From sequence record SRR31156797_1290: 42,818 nt of DNA; one strand, written 5' to 3'. Shown one piece after another: positions 11,250 to 19,639 of this stretch. The notes beneath the pieces were generated by a model that did no database searches, was not told the origin of the DNA, and saw only the letters and a list, made by a program, of their open reading frames with translations. The first letter of the stretch is position 1, and the number at the start of each line of letters is the position of its first letter. The position numbers were made by a program, and so were the translations under genes.

Positions 11250-11612
11250 ATGATGAATCCAAAACAAATTGTAGAAAAATGGGTTGAAGTGTTCAACCGG
11301 GGAGATGCAGATCGAATTGCTGAATTTTATCACGATGATGCAATTAACCATCAGGTAGCCAACAAAGAGATTGAAGGAAAAGAGGCGATTCATAAAATGT
11401 TTGAAGAAGAATTTGCTCTTGCTGATATGACCTGTATTGTTGAAAATATATTTGAGGATGGTGAGTGGGCTATATTGGAGTGGAAGGATCCTTTGGGTTT
11501 GCGAGGATGTGGGTTTTTCCACATTACAAATGGGAAAATTAAATTGCAACGAGGCTATTGGGACAAGCTCTCCTTTCTTAGAATGCACAATTTAGCAATA
11601 CCTAAAAAATAA
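11250..11612 (+). CDS. SnoaL-like / NTF2-fold protein
   Basis: IVEKWVEVFNRGDADRIAEFYHDDA...GKEAI...FHITNGKIKLQRGYWD pattern. Confidence 0.85.
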   Translation: MMNPKQIVEKWVEVFNRGDADRIAEFYHDDAINHQVANKEIEGKEAIHKMFEEEFALADMTCIVENIFEDGEWAILEWKDPLGLRGCGFFHITNGKIKLQRGYWDKLSFLRMHNLAIPKK

Positions 11613-11688
11613 AGTGGAATTAATTGCTCAGAAAAAAGATTGCATGTAGTTTTATGGCAAGAGCAATTATCTAAATAAATCATATCAA

Positions 11689-11786
11689 ATGAAACGTCCA
11701 GGATTAAATAGTTAGTGAGTCCAATGGGGACATAATTATTTAACTCATGGGAAGTTCCTTCTGGTAAAAAAATAAATTTTAAGCAG
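11689..11786 (+). promoter_or_regulatory. Conserved structured leader, copy A, with 8-codon uORF MKRPGLNS (11689-11715)
   Basis: Shares ATGAAACGTCC, uORF length, a central hairpin and TCATsGGAA(T)GTTCCwTCTGGTA...CAG-ATG with 23610-23712. Confidence 0.6.
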
Positions 11787-12701
11787 ATGAAAAGAATAGT
11801 ACTAGCTATATTAATTCTAAGTACAAGTTTGTGTGTGCAAGCTAAAAAATACAAACTGGCATTAAATCTTGAACAAGGGAAAGAATACCATCAAAGTTCT
11901 ATTGCAGACATGACCATTAGTCAGAACTTTAACGGAATGGATATGGATGTTGAAATGACCGTAAAAGGCAATTTGTCTTTTAAAGTGATAGAACTGACAG
12001 ATGACCATTACAATATGGATGTTTTCTATGAAAATATTGCCATGGAGATGGAAACGCCTCAAGGAAAAACGGCCTTTAGTTCGGAAAATGCCAAGCCCGA
12101 AGATATGATGTCTACCATGCTGTCGAAACTTACAGATAAGCCATTTCAGGTGAAAATGACCAAAAGTGGGAAGGTAATTGAGATTAATAATATGGACAAT
12201 TTGTTTATAGGCATGTTTGATGGAATGGAGCTAAACGTGCAACAAAAAAACCAATTGATAGCTCAATTGAAACAATCTTATGGTGAGAAAGCCTTCCGCG
12301 GAAGTTTTGAACAAGTAACAGCCATTTATCCTGAGGAGGAAGTTGCCATTGGTGACAAGTGGAATACCGAAACAAATCTGGAGGCAGGCATGTCGGTAAA
12401 ATTAAAAACCGATTTTACCTTTAAAGCTGAAAATGATACGCATTACCTAATTCAGGGAACAGGAACATTAATCAACAATGAAAATTCTCCTTACGTTAAG
12501 AATAATGGTATGGATATTAAAATTGATTTGAATGGTAGCCTGGTTTCCGAAATTAAGGTGGATAAAGAGAGTGGTTGGATTATTGAAGCAACCATTACAC
12601 AGGATTTAAATGGAAACACTCACATGAAAGGAAATCCTCAAATGCCGGAAGGTATGAGTATTCCGATGAGCATAAAATCGAAATCTGTAATTACCAATTA
12701 G
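11787..12701 (+). CDS. Exported DUF6263-like protein
   Basis: Signal peptide; L(A)LNLEQGKEY, YPEEEVAIGDKW and KVDKESGWI motifs recalled for this Bacteroidota family. Confidence 0.7.
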   Translation: MKRIVLAILILSTSLCVQAKKYKLALNLEQGKEYHQSSIADMTISQNFNGMDMDVEMTVKGNLSFKVIELTDDHYNMDVFYENIAMEMETPQGKTAFSSENAKPEDMMSTMLSKLTDKPFQVKMTKSGKVIEINNMDNLFIGMFDGMELNVQQKNQLIAQLKQSYGEKAFRGSFEQVTAIYPEEEVAIGDKWNTETNLEAGMSVKLKTDFTFKAENDTHYLIQGTGTLINNENSPYVKNNGMDIKIDLNGSLVSEIKVDKESGWIIEATITQDLNGNTHMKGNPQMPEGMSIPMSIKSKSVITN

Positions 12702-12723
12702 ACTAGTACAATAAAAACATGTT

Positions 12724-12759
12724 AAGCTGCAATCCTGATTTGGGTTGCAGCTTTTTTTT
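12724..12759 (+). terminator. Intrinsic terminator
   Basis: AAGCTGCAATCC-tgattt-GGGTTGCAGCTT followed by a T run, 22 nt after the stop. Confidence 0.85.
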
Positions 12760-12804
12760 GCCCTCAGATAAAACAGAGGACAAAAGGAAAAGTTTTGTGC
12801 TGAA

Positions 12805-12837
12805 TTTATCCATTGCCTCGGATTTTAATCCGAGGAT
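12805..12837 (+). repeat. Palindromic intergenic repeat (CCTCGG-family REP-like), copy 1
   Basis: TTTATCCATTGCCTCGGATTTTAATCCGAGGAT; near-identical copy at 37850-37882 with a compensatory stem change. Confidence 0.75.
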
Positions 12838-13055
12838 TACAAAAAGAATTGTTTTCAGAATTTAATCTTGTCTCAAGTTTCAACCCGAGTTTTTTTTTGT
12901 TAGTAATCCAAAGCCTGATCAGGCATTCTAAATAGCCTCCCAAGCTTAAAGTTTCCTTCAAATGATATCAATACAATGCCCTACATTTTCTAACTTGTTA
13001 ATGCACACCTAAACATTAATGTGAAAGTAGTTGTTGAATGTAAAGAAGGACAGAC

Positions 13056-13670
13056 ATGAGAAAAGTTGATTTGAAGAAAAAGTACGAGCAATTCTATTCC
13101 GAAAAGAAAGGAAACATCTCCATTCTTGAAGTTCCATCTTTCAACTACCTGGTTTGCGATGGAGAGGGCAATCCAAATACTTCGACAGATTATAAACATG
13201 CTATAGAAGCTATTTATGCCCTGTCTTGCAAGTTAAAAATCAACATTAAAACAGATAGGGAGATTGATTTTGATGTTATGCCATTGGAAGCCCTTTGGTG
13301 GATGGATAACATGAAAGAATTTACTTACGAAAACATAGACAAGTGGAGATGGTGCGCCATGATTATGCAACCCAATTTCATTACCAAAGAACTGGTAAAG
13401 GAAGCCATGGAAGACCTGAGTCAACAAAAGGAACTGGTTTACCTGCCCAAATTGGAATTGATAGAATATACCGATGGACTGAGCGCACAAATCATGCACC
13501 TGGGACTCCATGCCGACGAAGCACCCACCATTGAAAAATTACACGCCTACATTCACGAACAAGGCTACGAATTGCGAGGAAAACATCGCGAAATCTATCT
13601 AAACGATCCCCAACACACCGCCCTCGAAAACCTAAAAACCATCATCCGACAGCCCATTGCGAAAATATAA
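13056..13670 (+). CDS. GyrI-like small-molecule-binding domain protein
   Basis: DGEGNPN, VMPLEALWW, W.WCAMIMQP, QIMHLG, GKHREIYLNDP, LKTIIRQP motifs. Confidence 0.88.
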   Translation: MRKVDLKKKYEQFYSEKKGNISILEVPSFNYLVCDGEGNPNTSTDYKHAIEAIYALSCKLKINIKTDREIDFDVMPLEALWWMDNMKEFTYENIDKWRWCAMIMQPNFITKELVKEAMEDLSQQKELVYLPKLELIEYTDGLSAQIMHLGLHADEAPTIEKLHAYIHEQGYELRGKHREIYLNDPQHTALENLKTIIRQPIAKI

Positions 13671-13681
13671 TATTTTGAATT

Positions 13682-13830
13682 GTACGGTCATGCCATGGCA
13701 TGACCCTACCGCAATATGCCATCCCATTCGTACGTCACGCCATGGCGTGACCCCACAATAAAATTGTATTGATAAATAAATTATTGTAATTTCCTGATAC
13801 ATATCCTAGGGGTATGCCACGGCATGATCA
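13682..13830. repeat. REP cluster 5' of RAYT (2 full copies + 1 degenerate)
   Basis: GTACGGTCATGCCATGGCATGACCCTAC (13682-13709), CGTACGTCACGCCATGGCGTGACCCCAC (13729-13756), degenerate copy at about 13806-13830. Confidence 0.9.
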
Positions 13831-13861
13831 TCAATTATTATTTCAATTCAATATCCTACAA

Positions 13862-14380
13862 ATGAAAACCCGCAAAATAATCAGAAAACAAGATGCTGAT
13901 TACAGCGCTGAAGGCTGGTATTTCATAACCATTTGTACAAAAGAAATGGAATGCTTTTTTGGCGAGATTGATAAGGGAGTATTTCATGCAAATGAAATCG
14001 GGAAACAAGCTAGCACATTTTGGAAGGAGATCCCCAAACATTTTCCAATGGTGGAATTGGGCGAATTTATAATCATGCCCAATCACATTCATGGCATCAT
14101 CGGAATTGTACGGCCATCCGTACGGACATGCCATGGCATGTCCTCACGTTCCCCACATAAAAATCAATTCAGCAAACCCATTCCCGGATCCATTTCCACC
14201 ATTATAGGGCAATTTAAATCCACATTAACCCGATGGTGCAGAGCAAATGAATTGCATCAATTTGCATGGCAATCCAGATTTTACGATCACATCATCCGAA
14301 ACGATGAATCTTTCGATCGCATTACAGAATACATCAAAAATAATCCTGCCAATTGGGCGTACGGTCACGACATGTCGTGA
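13862..14380 (+). mobile_element. REP-associated tyrosine transposase (RAYT / TnpA-REP, Y1 HUH family)
   Basis: YFITICT, HUH motif IMPNHIHGII, WQSRFYDHIIR, catalytic Tyr in EYIKNNP; flanked by GTAG-type palindromes. ATG 13862 preferred over 13814, which lies inside a degenerate REP. Confidence 0.92.
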
Positions 14381-14642
14381 CCTTTTTTTGAAATAATGCA
14401 AATTGGATCTGATTCGTACGGCCACGCCATAAATTATCGTACGACCATGCCATTCGTACGATCACGACATGCCATTCGTACGGCCATGCCATGGCATGGC
14501 CCTACAAAAATCCCCCAAAAATAATTTCAGGGGATTTCACATTTATTAATCAATCGTACGGTCACGCCATGGCGTGACCTATTTCTGGAAATTATATCGT
14601 GGATATGTGATGCCATAAGGTCACGACATGTCGTGACCCTAC
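14358..14642. repeat. REP cluster 3' of RAYT (4 full + 3 half copies)
   Basis: Full copies at 14358-14383, 14477-14505, 14555-14580, 14617-14642; half copies at 14415-14430, 14438-14453, 14455-14475. Confidence 0.9.
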
Positions 14643-15342
14643 ATTTCATCCACAACCTCTTCCTCTTCTTCCGATGAGGATTTAGGGCTATGAGCAGGAA
14701 ATTTGAACCATTTTAAAAAATCTTCATCTTCTTCGTATATAATGCGGGCAGCTTTAAAATAAACCGACAGCTTCTCGTACAAAGAATTTAGGGCTATTGT
14801 GCGATCTTCCGTTGCACGATTACGATTCAGGATGCATTCCGATTGCTCATCCATATATGTTTTTAGCTGGTCGCGATGGTTTAGAATTTGGGTGAAGGTC
14901 TCCTCGGTCCAGCCGTTGGCTATCAATGTGTCTTTGTACTTATCCGAAATCATGTGGAAATCGGTAAGGAAAATATACATCAATTTTCCACTTCGACGGG
15001 CATCGTCGTAGTCGTTAAAGCCAAACTGATTCCACACCTTTTTATCGTTTGGGAATGCCAGTTCGATGTCGAACTTACGACGTTGGAAAAATTTACTACA
15101 GGCTGCCAATTCTGTGTTTACATTCTCGGTAGCTTTCGCCTGAATGTCGATATAGGTATTATCCGAAGGGATATTGCTTGCTGTTTCGAATAAGCTTTCC
15201 AGTTCGACTAGCTTCTCGGGAATAAAGTGGGGCGAGAAAGCAATAAAATCACCATGCTTGTCCTTGATGATGTTGATTCTTTGTCCCGAAAAAATAATAA
15301 AATTAGCGTCGCTACCATTGTAAGCTCTTGTCCCATAGTCAT
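14639..15342 (-). pseudogene. Hypothetical helical protein (~233 aa) with an apparent 1-nt frameshift just after the start
   Basis: The frame of the 14639..15109 ORF stays open upstream to about 15346 (TRAYNGSDANFIIFSGQRINIIKDKHGDFIAFSPHF...ENVNTELAACSKFF) but has no in-frame ATG. ATGs at 15342 and 15336 are one base out of frame (ATG GG|ACA AGA GCT). Confidence 0.65.
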
Positions 15343-15740
15343 AAGTTTAGATTTAAGAATTACTATATGAAAATTAATGGGCTTTTTGGAGATATGCAAT
15401 AAAATCGCAAAGTTTTAATATGTTAATACTTGTTAAATATTATACACGCCTTGTAAATACTAGTTGTCTGTGAGTTATTGTTTTTATTTATCAAAAATCG
15501 AACTTTTATTTATTAAAACTATGTGAAATAGATAGAATCCACTAAAAACACCTAAAACATTGACCCTCTAGCGTTTTGTTGGAATGGGTGTGCAATGCTA
15601 AATGATGATTTTATGCTGAGTATACACTACTTTACAAGTATCCTTACATTTCTGAGAGCAGAGGGTGAATAGCTAAGGCTTGGCGCCACAAGTTTAAGAG
15701 CTAAAACTCGATTTTGTTAAGCCGCGACAAAACTTTACAG

Positions 15741-16074
15741 CTATCCGACACAAGCCAATCAATTGTTGGGACAAGCCAAGCCTTTGATGTCGAAAGCCAA
15801 TGCCTTGTCGGTACAAGCCAAGCTCTTGTCGTCGCATCCCAGAGGTTTGTCGGTACACGCCAGAGGCTTGTCGCCACATCCCAAAGGCTTGCCGACGCTT
15901 CCCAGTGGCTTGTCGCCACACCTTTACAATGCCGCGCCGCTTACAAGCCATTGGCTTGCCTCGGAATGGAATAAACCTGTGACAACAAAAAGTAAACCTG
16001 TGGGAACAATGGATAAAGTAGAGGCGGAAAGAGGTAAAAGAGTGGCGACAAACATAAAAAGAGTATCGACTATT
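15741..16074 (+). repeat. Degenerate 21-bp tandem array (~16 units) with heptapeptide coding pattern
   Basis: Units such as CTTGTCGGTACAAGCCAAGCT and CTTGTCGCCACATCCCAAAGG; translates as LVxTSQx repeats, continuing in another frame as KPVTTKS/KRVATNI. Confidence 0.8.
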
Positions 16075-16174
16075 TGTATTTATCTGATTGCAGATGCTTG
16101 GGTTCAGTAGGAAAGTGATAAACTACTGATTACAATAATGTAAATACTACAATTAAGTTGTTGTGTATTTTTAT

Positions 16175-16182
16175 TACTTTTG
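16175..16182 (+). promoter_or_regulatory. Bacteroidota -7 promoter box (TAnnTTTG)
   Basis: TACTTTTG about 30 nt upstream of the HNH start, with TTG elements upstream. Confidence 0.5.
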
Positions 16183-16213
16183 ACATAACCCAATACTTAA
16201 ATGACTATTACTT

Positions 16214-16975
16214 ATGCGTAACCCGAACTGGAGCGAGGAGGAACTTATTCTTGCTTTTAACCTCTACTGTAAGATTCCTTTTGGAAAGATTTCCAAAACT
16301 AATAAGCAGATTATACAATTGGCTGACTTGATTGGAAGAACTCCGAGCGCCGTAGGTTTGAAGCTTTCTAACCTGGCAAGTTTCGATCCTCAGTTAAAAG
16401 CTCGCGGAATAAAAGGGATGAAGAATGCGGGGAAAAAGGACAAATTGATTTTTGAAAAATTCCATAACGACCGCGAAGATTTGGCGTATGAGAGTGAACG
16501 CATTTTGGCAATACGAGAAGGGCGAACTTTAGAGAAGAAATACCAGGAACAATTGCCTGATGTGAGCAACCTGGTTGGAGAAAGCAAAGAGAGATATGTG
16601 AAAACACGAGTGAACCAAAACTTTTTTCGCCAGATGATTCTTACCAATTACCACAGCAAATGTGCAGTTACAGGAATAGACTTACCACAGCTACTAATTG
16701 CCAGCCACATTTTGCCATGGGCAGAAAACAAAGCGGAACGACTTAACCCAGAAAATGGCATTTGCCTATCGGCACTTTACGACAAGGCTTTCGACAAACA
16801 CCTAATTAGTTTCGATGAGGATTACCGTATGATTCTCTCAACCAAGCTGAAAGAACACTGCACCAAAACATACTACCAAACCCATTTCGGAAAACTGGAA
16901 GGACAAGAAATGATCTTGCCTGATAAATGGTTGCCGAAGAGGGAGTTTTTGGAGTGGCATAGGAAAAATCAATAG
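16214..16975 (+). CDS. HNH endonuclease (putative restriction endonuclease, HNH_2 type with N-terminal helical DNA-binding domain)
   Basis: WSEEELILAFNLY...IGRTPSAV..KL.N N-domain; RVNQNFFR...CAVTG...ASHILPW...NPENGICLSALYDKAFD nuclease core. Confidence 0.9.
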   Translation: MRNPNWSEEELILAFNLYCKIPFGKISKTNKQIIQLADLIGRTPSAVGLKLSNLASFDPQLKARGIKGMKNAGKKDKLIFEKFHNDREDLAYESERILAIREGRTLEKKYQEQLPDVSNLVGESKERYVKTRVNQNFFRQMILTNYHSKCAVTGIDLPQLLIASHILPWAENKAERLNPENGICLSALYDKAFDKHLISFDEDYRMILSTKLKEHCTKTYYQTHFGKLEGQEMILPDKWLPKREFLEWHRKNQ

Positions 16976-16992
16976 AATTAAAATCATATCAA

Positions 16993-18813
16993 ATGGAACA
17001 ATTGACCTCAGAACAACTTCTTGAATTAAATGAAAAAATTGATAAAATAAATAAATTTCACAGAGATTTATTTGAATCAACTGATGACAAGCCATCGCTT
17101 AAAGCGAATATTGAAAATTATGAAAAAAAAATATCTGGATTAGTTAATAATGCTGAAGAAAAAATAAAGACAATTAGTAAAATCCATGAATCAACTTCTA
17201 TTGACACTAAAGGTATTATTTCAATAAAGGCAGAACTTGATGAAGTAGTAAAGGAATTTAAAGATAATAAGCAGGAACAATCGATTTTAATTGAAGAATT
17301 GACTTCTTTTCATCAAAAAACACTAATAGGTTCAGAAGACGATATTTCTACAAAAGATAATATTGATGCTTTTGAGAGTGATATAAATAAGTTAAGGGAT
17401 GAAGTAGAGAAAAAGGTTAATGAAATTGATGGTTTTTATAATAATACTTTAGTTGATGAGGTTGGTGAAGTTTCAACCAGAACGGTTCTGAATAGTTTAT
17501 TAGATCAATTTAAAACTAAAAAAGATCAATTAAATCAAGATCTAGAATTAATCAAAGGGAGAAAAGAGGAGCAATTAGAGTTAATTAATGACTTATCCTC
17601 CTTTCATCATAAAACACTTATAGGATATAAAGATGAATTATCAACGAAAGACAATTTGCAAGCGTTAGAGATTGAGATAAATAAATTAAAAACTGATGCA
17701 GAGAACAAATTTTTAGAGTTAAAAGGTTTCTATAATTCAACGTTAATAGATGAAGATGATTTAATTTCAACTAAAACAGAATTGAATAATATATTAGAAG
17801 AATTTGCGAATAAAAAGAAAGTACTAATAGATGATGCGAAGCTGATTGAAGAAAAAAAACAAACGCAAATAGAATTAATTGAGGAACTTTCTTCTTTTCA
17901 TAATGAAGCGTTGAATGGAACAGAAGAAAATACATCTATAAAAGAACAATTAGATAATTTAATAGAAGAATATTATAGTAGAAATGCTTCATTAGCTGAA
18001 AAAGAAGTAATGTTTAATAAATTTTATTTGGAAATCTTTAAAGGGACAGATGAGAGTAAATCATTAAAAGATGAATTTAATTTTACATTAACAAGCATAA
18101 AAAATAATCTCGAAGAATCTGAGGAAGAGTTATCTGAACTTAAAGATTTTCATGATAAAATTATCGATTCAATAGATGCTTCAGGAGAAACAAAAGAAGG
18201 ACTAGATACTATAGTTTCAAAGTTGAAAGATCGACTTCATGTTTTGATAAAAGATGCTGAGAAAAAATTATATGCAATAACGGATAGTGCCCTACATAAT
18301 GCATTTGCGGTTAGGGCAGAGAGTTATACTGATGAGTTTAAAAAACTTCAAAAATTTACATTCTATAGTATATTAGGTCTGATCATTGATCTTGTTGTAT
18401 TTGGAGGTGTTCAAGTTAGTCTTAATTTAGCAGGTAAACCTTTTAGTTATAATATATTAATATACCAATTTAGTATTGCAGGTGCATTGCTTATAGCCAT
18501 TTGGATGTTTAATCGTAATCAAAAAATGGCAAAGAAACTTGCTGAAGAATATCACCATAAAGCATCAATTTCTGAAGCAATGACTGGATATAGGACATTG
18601 TATTCATTGGATCACGAAGACGAAGAATATCAACAATTGTTTAATTCAATAAAAGATCAATTGAATATCAATCCTTCCAAACATATTGATTCGTTTCTTA
18701 AGTTGAAATCTCCTCAGGAAGAAGTAACTGAAATTGCCAAAGAGTTATTAAATCCAAAGAATTTAGGTCTGTTGGCAAAACAATTAAAACCACTATTGGA
18801 TAAGGATAAATAG
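16993..18813 (+). CDS. Long repeat coiled-coil protein with two C-terminal TM helices
   Basis: Nine [FI][HY]-x11-S[TLI][KR]-like motifs at 42/56-aa spacing (the last one degenerate); two hydrophobic segments near the C-terminus, then LAEEYHHKASI; AT-rich. Confidence 0.85.
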   Translation: MEQLTSEQLLELNEKIDKINKFHRDLFESTDDKPSLKANIENYEKKISGLVNNAEEKIKTISKIHESTSIDTKGIISIKAELDEVVKEFKDNKQEQSILIEELTSFHQKTLIGSEDDISTKDNIDAFESDINKLRDEVEKKVNEIDGFYNNTLVDEVGEVSTRTVLNSLLDQFKTKKDQLNQDLELIKGRKEEQLELINDLSSFHHKTLIGYKDELSTKDNLQALEIEINKLKTDAENKFLELKGFYNSTLIDEDDLISTKTELNNILEEFANKKKVLIDDAKLIEEKKQTQIELIEELSSFHNEALNGTEENTSIKEQLDNLIEEYYSRNASLAEKEVMFNKFYLEIFKGTDESKSLKDEFNFTLTSIKNNLEESEEELSELKDFHDKIIDSIDASGETKEGLDTIVSKLKDRLHVLIKDAEKKLYAITDSALHNAFAVRAESYTDEFKKLQKFTFYSILGLIIDLVVFGGVQVSLNLAGKPFSYNILIYQFSIAGALLIAIWMFNRNQKMAKKLAEEYHHKASISEAMTGYRTLYSLDHEDEEYQQLFNSIKDQLNINPSKHIDSFLKLKSPQEEVTEIAKELLNPKNLGLLAKQLKPLLDKDK

Positions 18814-18921
18814 TAGGTATTCTGAGTAGGAATAAATAGTCAGTTAATACTCAATTCAATTTTATGCAAGATCAAAAGTAAGTTTTATAATAGATTTAAT
18901 TGGTAACTAAAAATTTGTTTT

Positions 18922-19542
18922 ATGAGAATTTCACATCGAGTCTTAGAATCTATTCGTAGATACCCAAATGCTATTTTTGAATTGGGTAAAGGTCAAAGAG
19001 GGAGCAATTCTATTGCCAGAAACTGGGAAAATAAATTAAAACCTTATCATGTTTCTGGGGTATCAATAGGTCAAGTTGCCAATGCTTTTGAAGACTATTG
19101 TTTGAGAACTTTCAGTAATAGCAAAACTAATCGAATGAAGATAGGAGAGCTATACGATAGGTATTCAATATACGAGTTAAATTATAAACAACAGAACTTA
19201 GTATTTCAAGATTTCCATAAACGAATTCAGTTTAATATTACTGAAGGTTTCATTCTCTCTGGTGAAATCTTTAGGATTGATCGAACTCGAAATGGAGGAT
19301 ATGCAATAACGGTAGTATGGAAGAACCAAGAAAGTGATATTTGGGCTCAAGAATTAAGATTCCCTGTCTTGCAAAAGTTTTATGCAGATGAATTCAATGT
19401 GCCAACGAAGAAAGTACAAGTTGGGATATATGACTTTGAAAATGTATCTCATGAATACATCACATTTGATGAGGAGACTATTGAAGATGCGATGAAAGAA
19501 TTGCAGGATATCATTAAAGAAATTGGTGCAGCTACCATTTAA
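18922..19542 (+). CDS. Hypothetical protein, possible degenerate PD-(D/E)XK nuclease fold
   Basis: LSGEIFRIDRTRNGGYAITVVWK resembles the LxGxIDRIDxxxdGxxxIiDYK motif of RecB/Cas4-like nucleases, with acidic residues missing. The ORF is solid; the fold call is tentative. Confidence 0.55.
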   Translation: MRISHRVLESIRRYPNAIFELGKGQRGSNSIARNWENKLKPYHVSGVSIGQVANAFEDYCLRTFSNSKTNRMKIGELYDRYSIYELNYKQQNLVFQDFHKRIQFNITEGFILSGEIFRIDRTRNGGYAITVVWKNQESDIWAQELRFPVLQKFYADEFNVPTKKVQVGIYDFENVSHEYITFDEETIEDAMKELQDIIKEIGAATI

Positions 19543-19546
19543 TTTC

Positions 19547-19617
19547 AAGAAAGCCCGCAAAAGCGGCTTTTCTTATATCCACATAAAAAACAAAGGGCAA
19601 GCCCAAAGCCTGCCCTT
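19547..19617. terminator. Two terminator hairpins between convergent genes
   Basis: AAGAAAGCCCGC-aaaa-GCGGCTTTTCTT (19547-19574, + strand) and an A run + AAGGGCA...TGCCCTT (19585-19617, - strand). Confidence 0.75.
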
Positions 19618-19639
19618 AACTATACCTTATTATCGACCT

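Noticed and set aside
11226-11588. 120-aa antisense ORF mirroring the SnoaL gene
   Set aside because: No recognisable motifs; the + strand gene fits a known family and the operon direction.
11689-11766. Leader element as hammerhead ribozyme or integron attC
   Set aside because: GAAAC-GTC is present but there is no CTGANGA core with stem II; the ends do not fit RYYYAAC/GTTRRRY and no integrase is present.
13682-14642. Palindromic repeats as a CRISPR array
   Set aside because: Irregular spacing, variable sequence, dispersed copies across the window, no cas genes; explained by RAYT/REP.
15694-15982. Several overlapping ORFs on both strands as real genes
   Set aside because: Stop-free frames are a by-product of the 21-bp repeat; only one + frame shows synonymous conservation.
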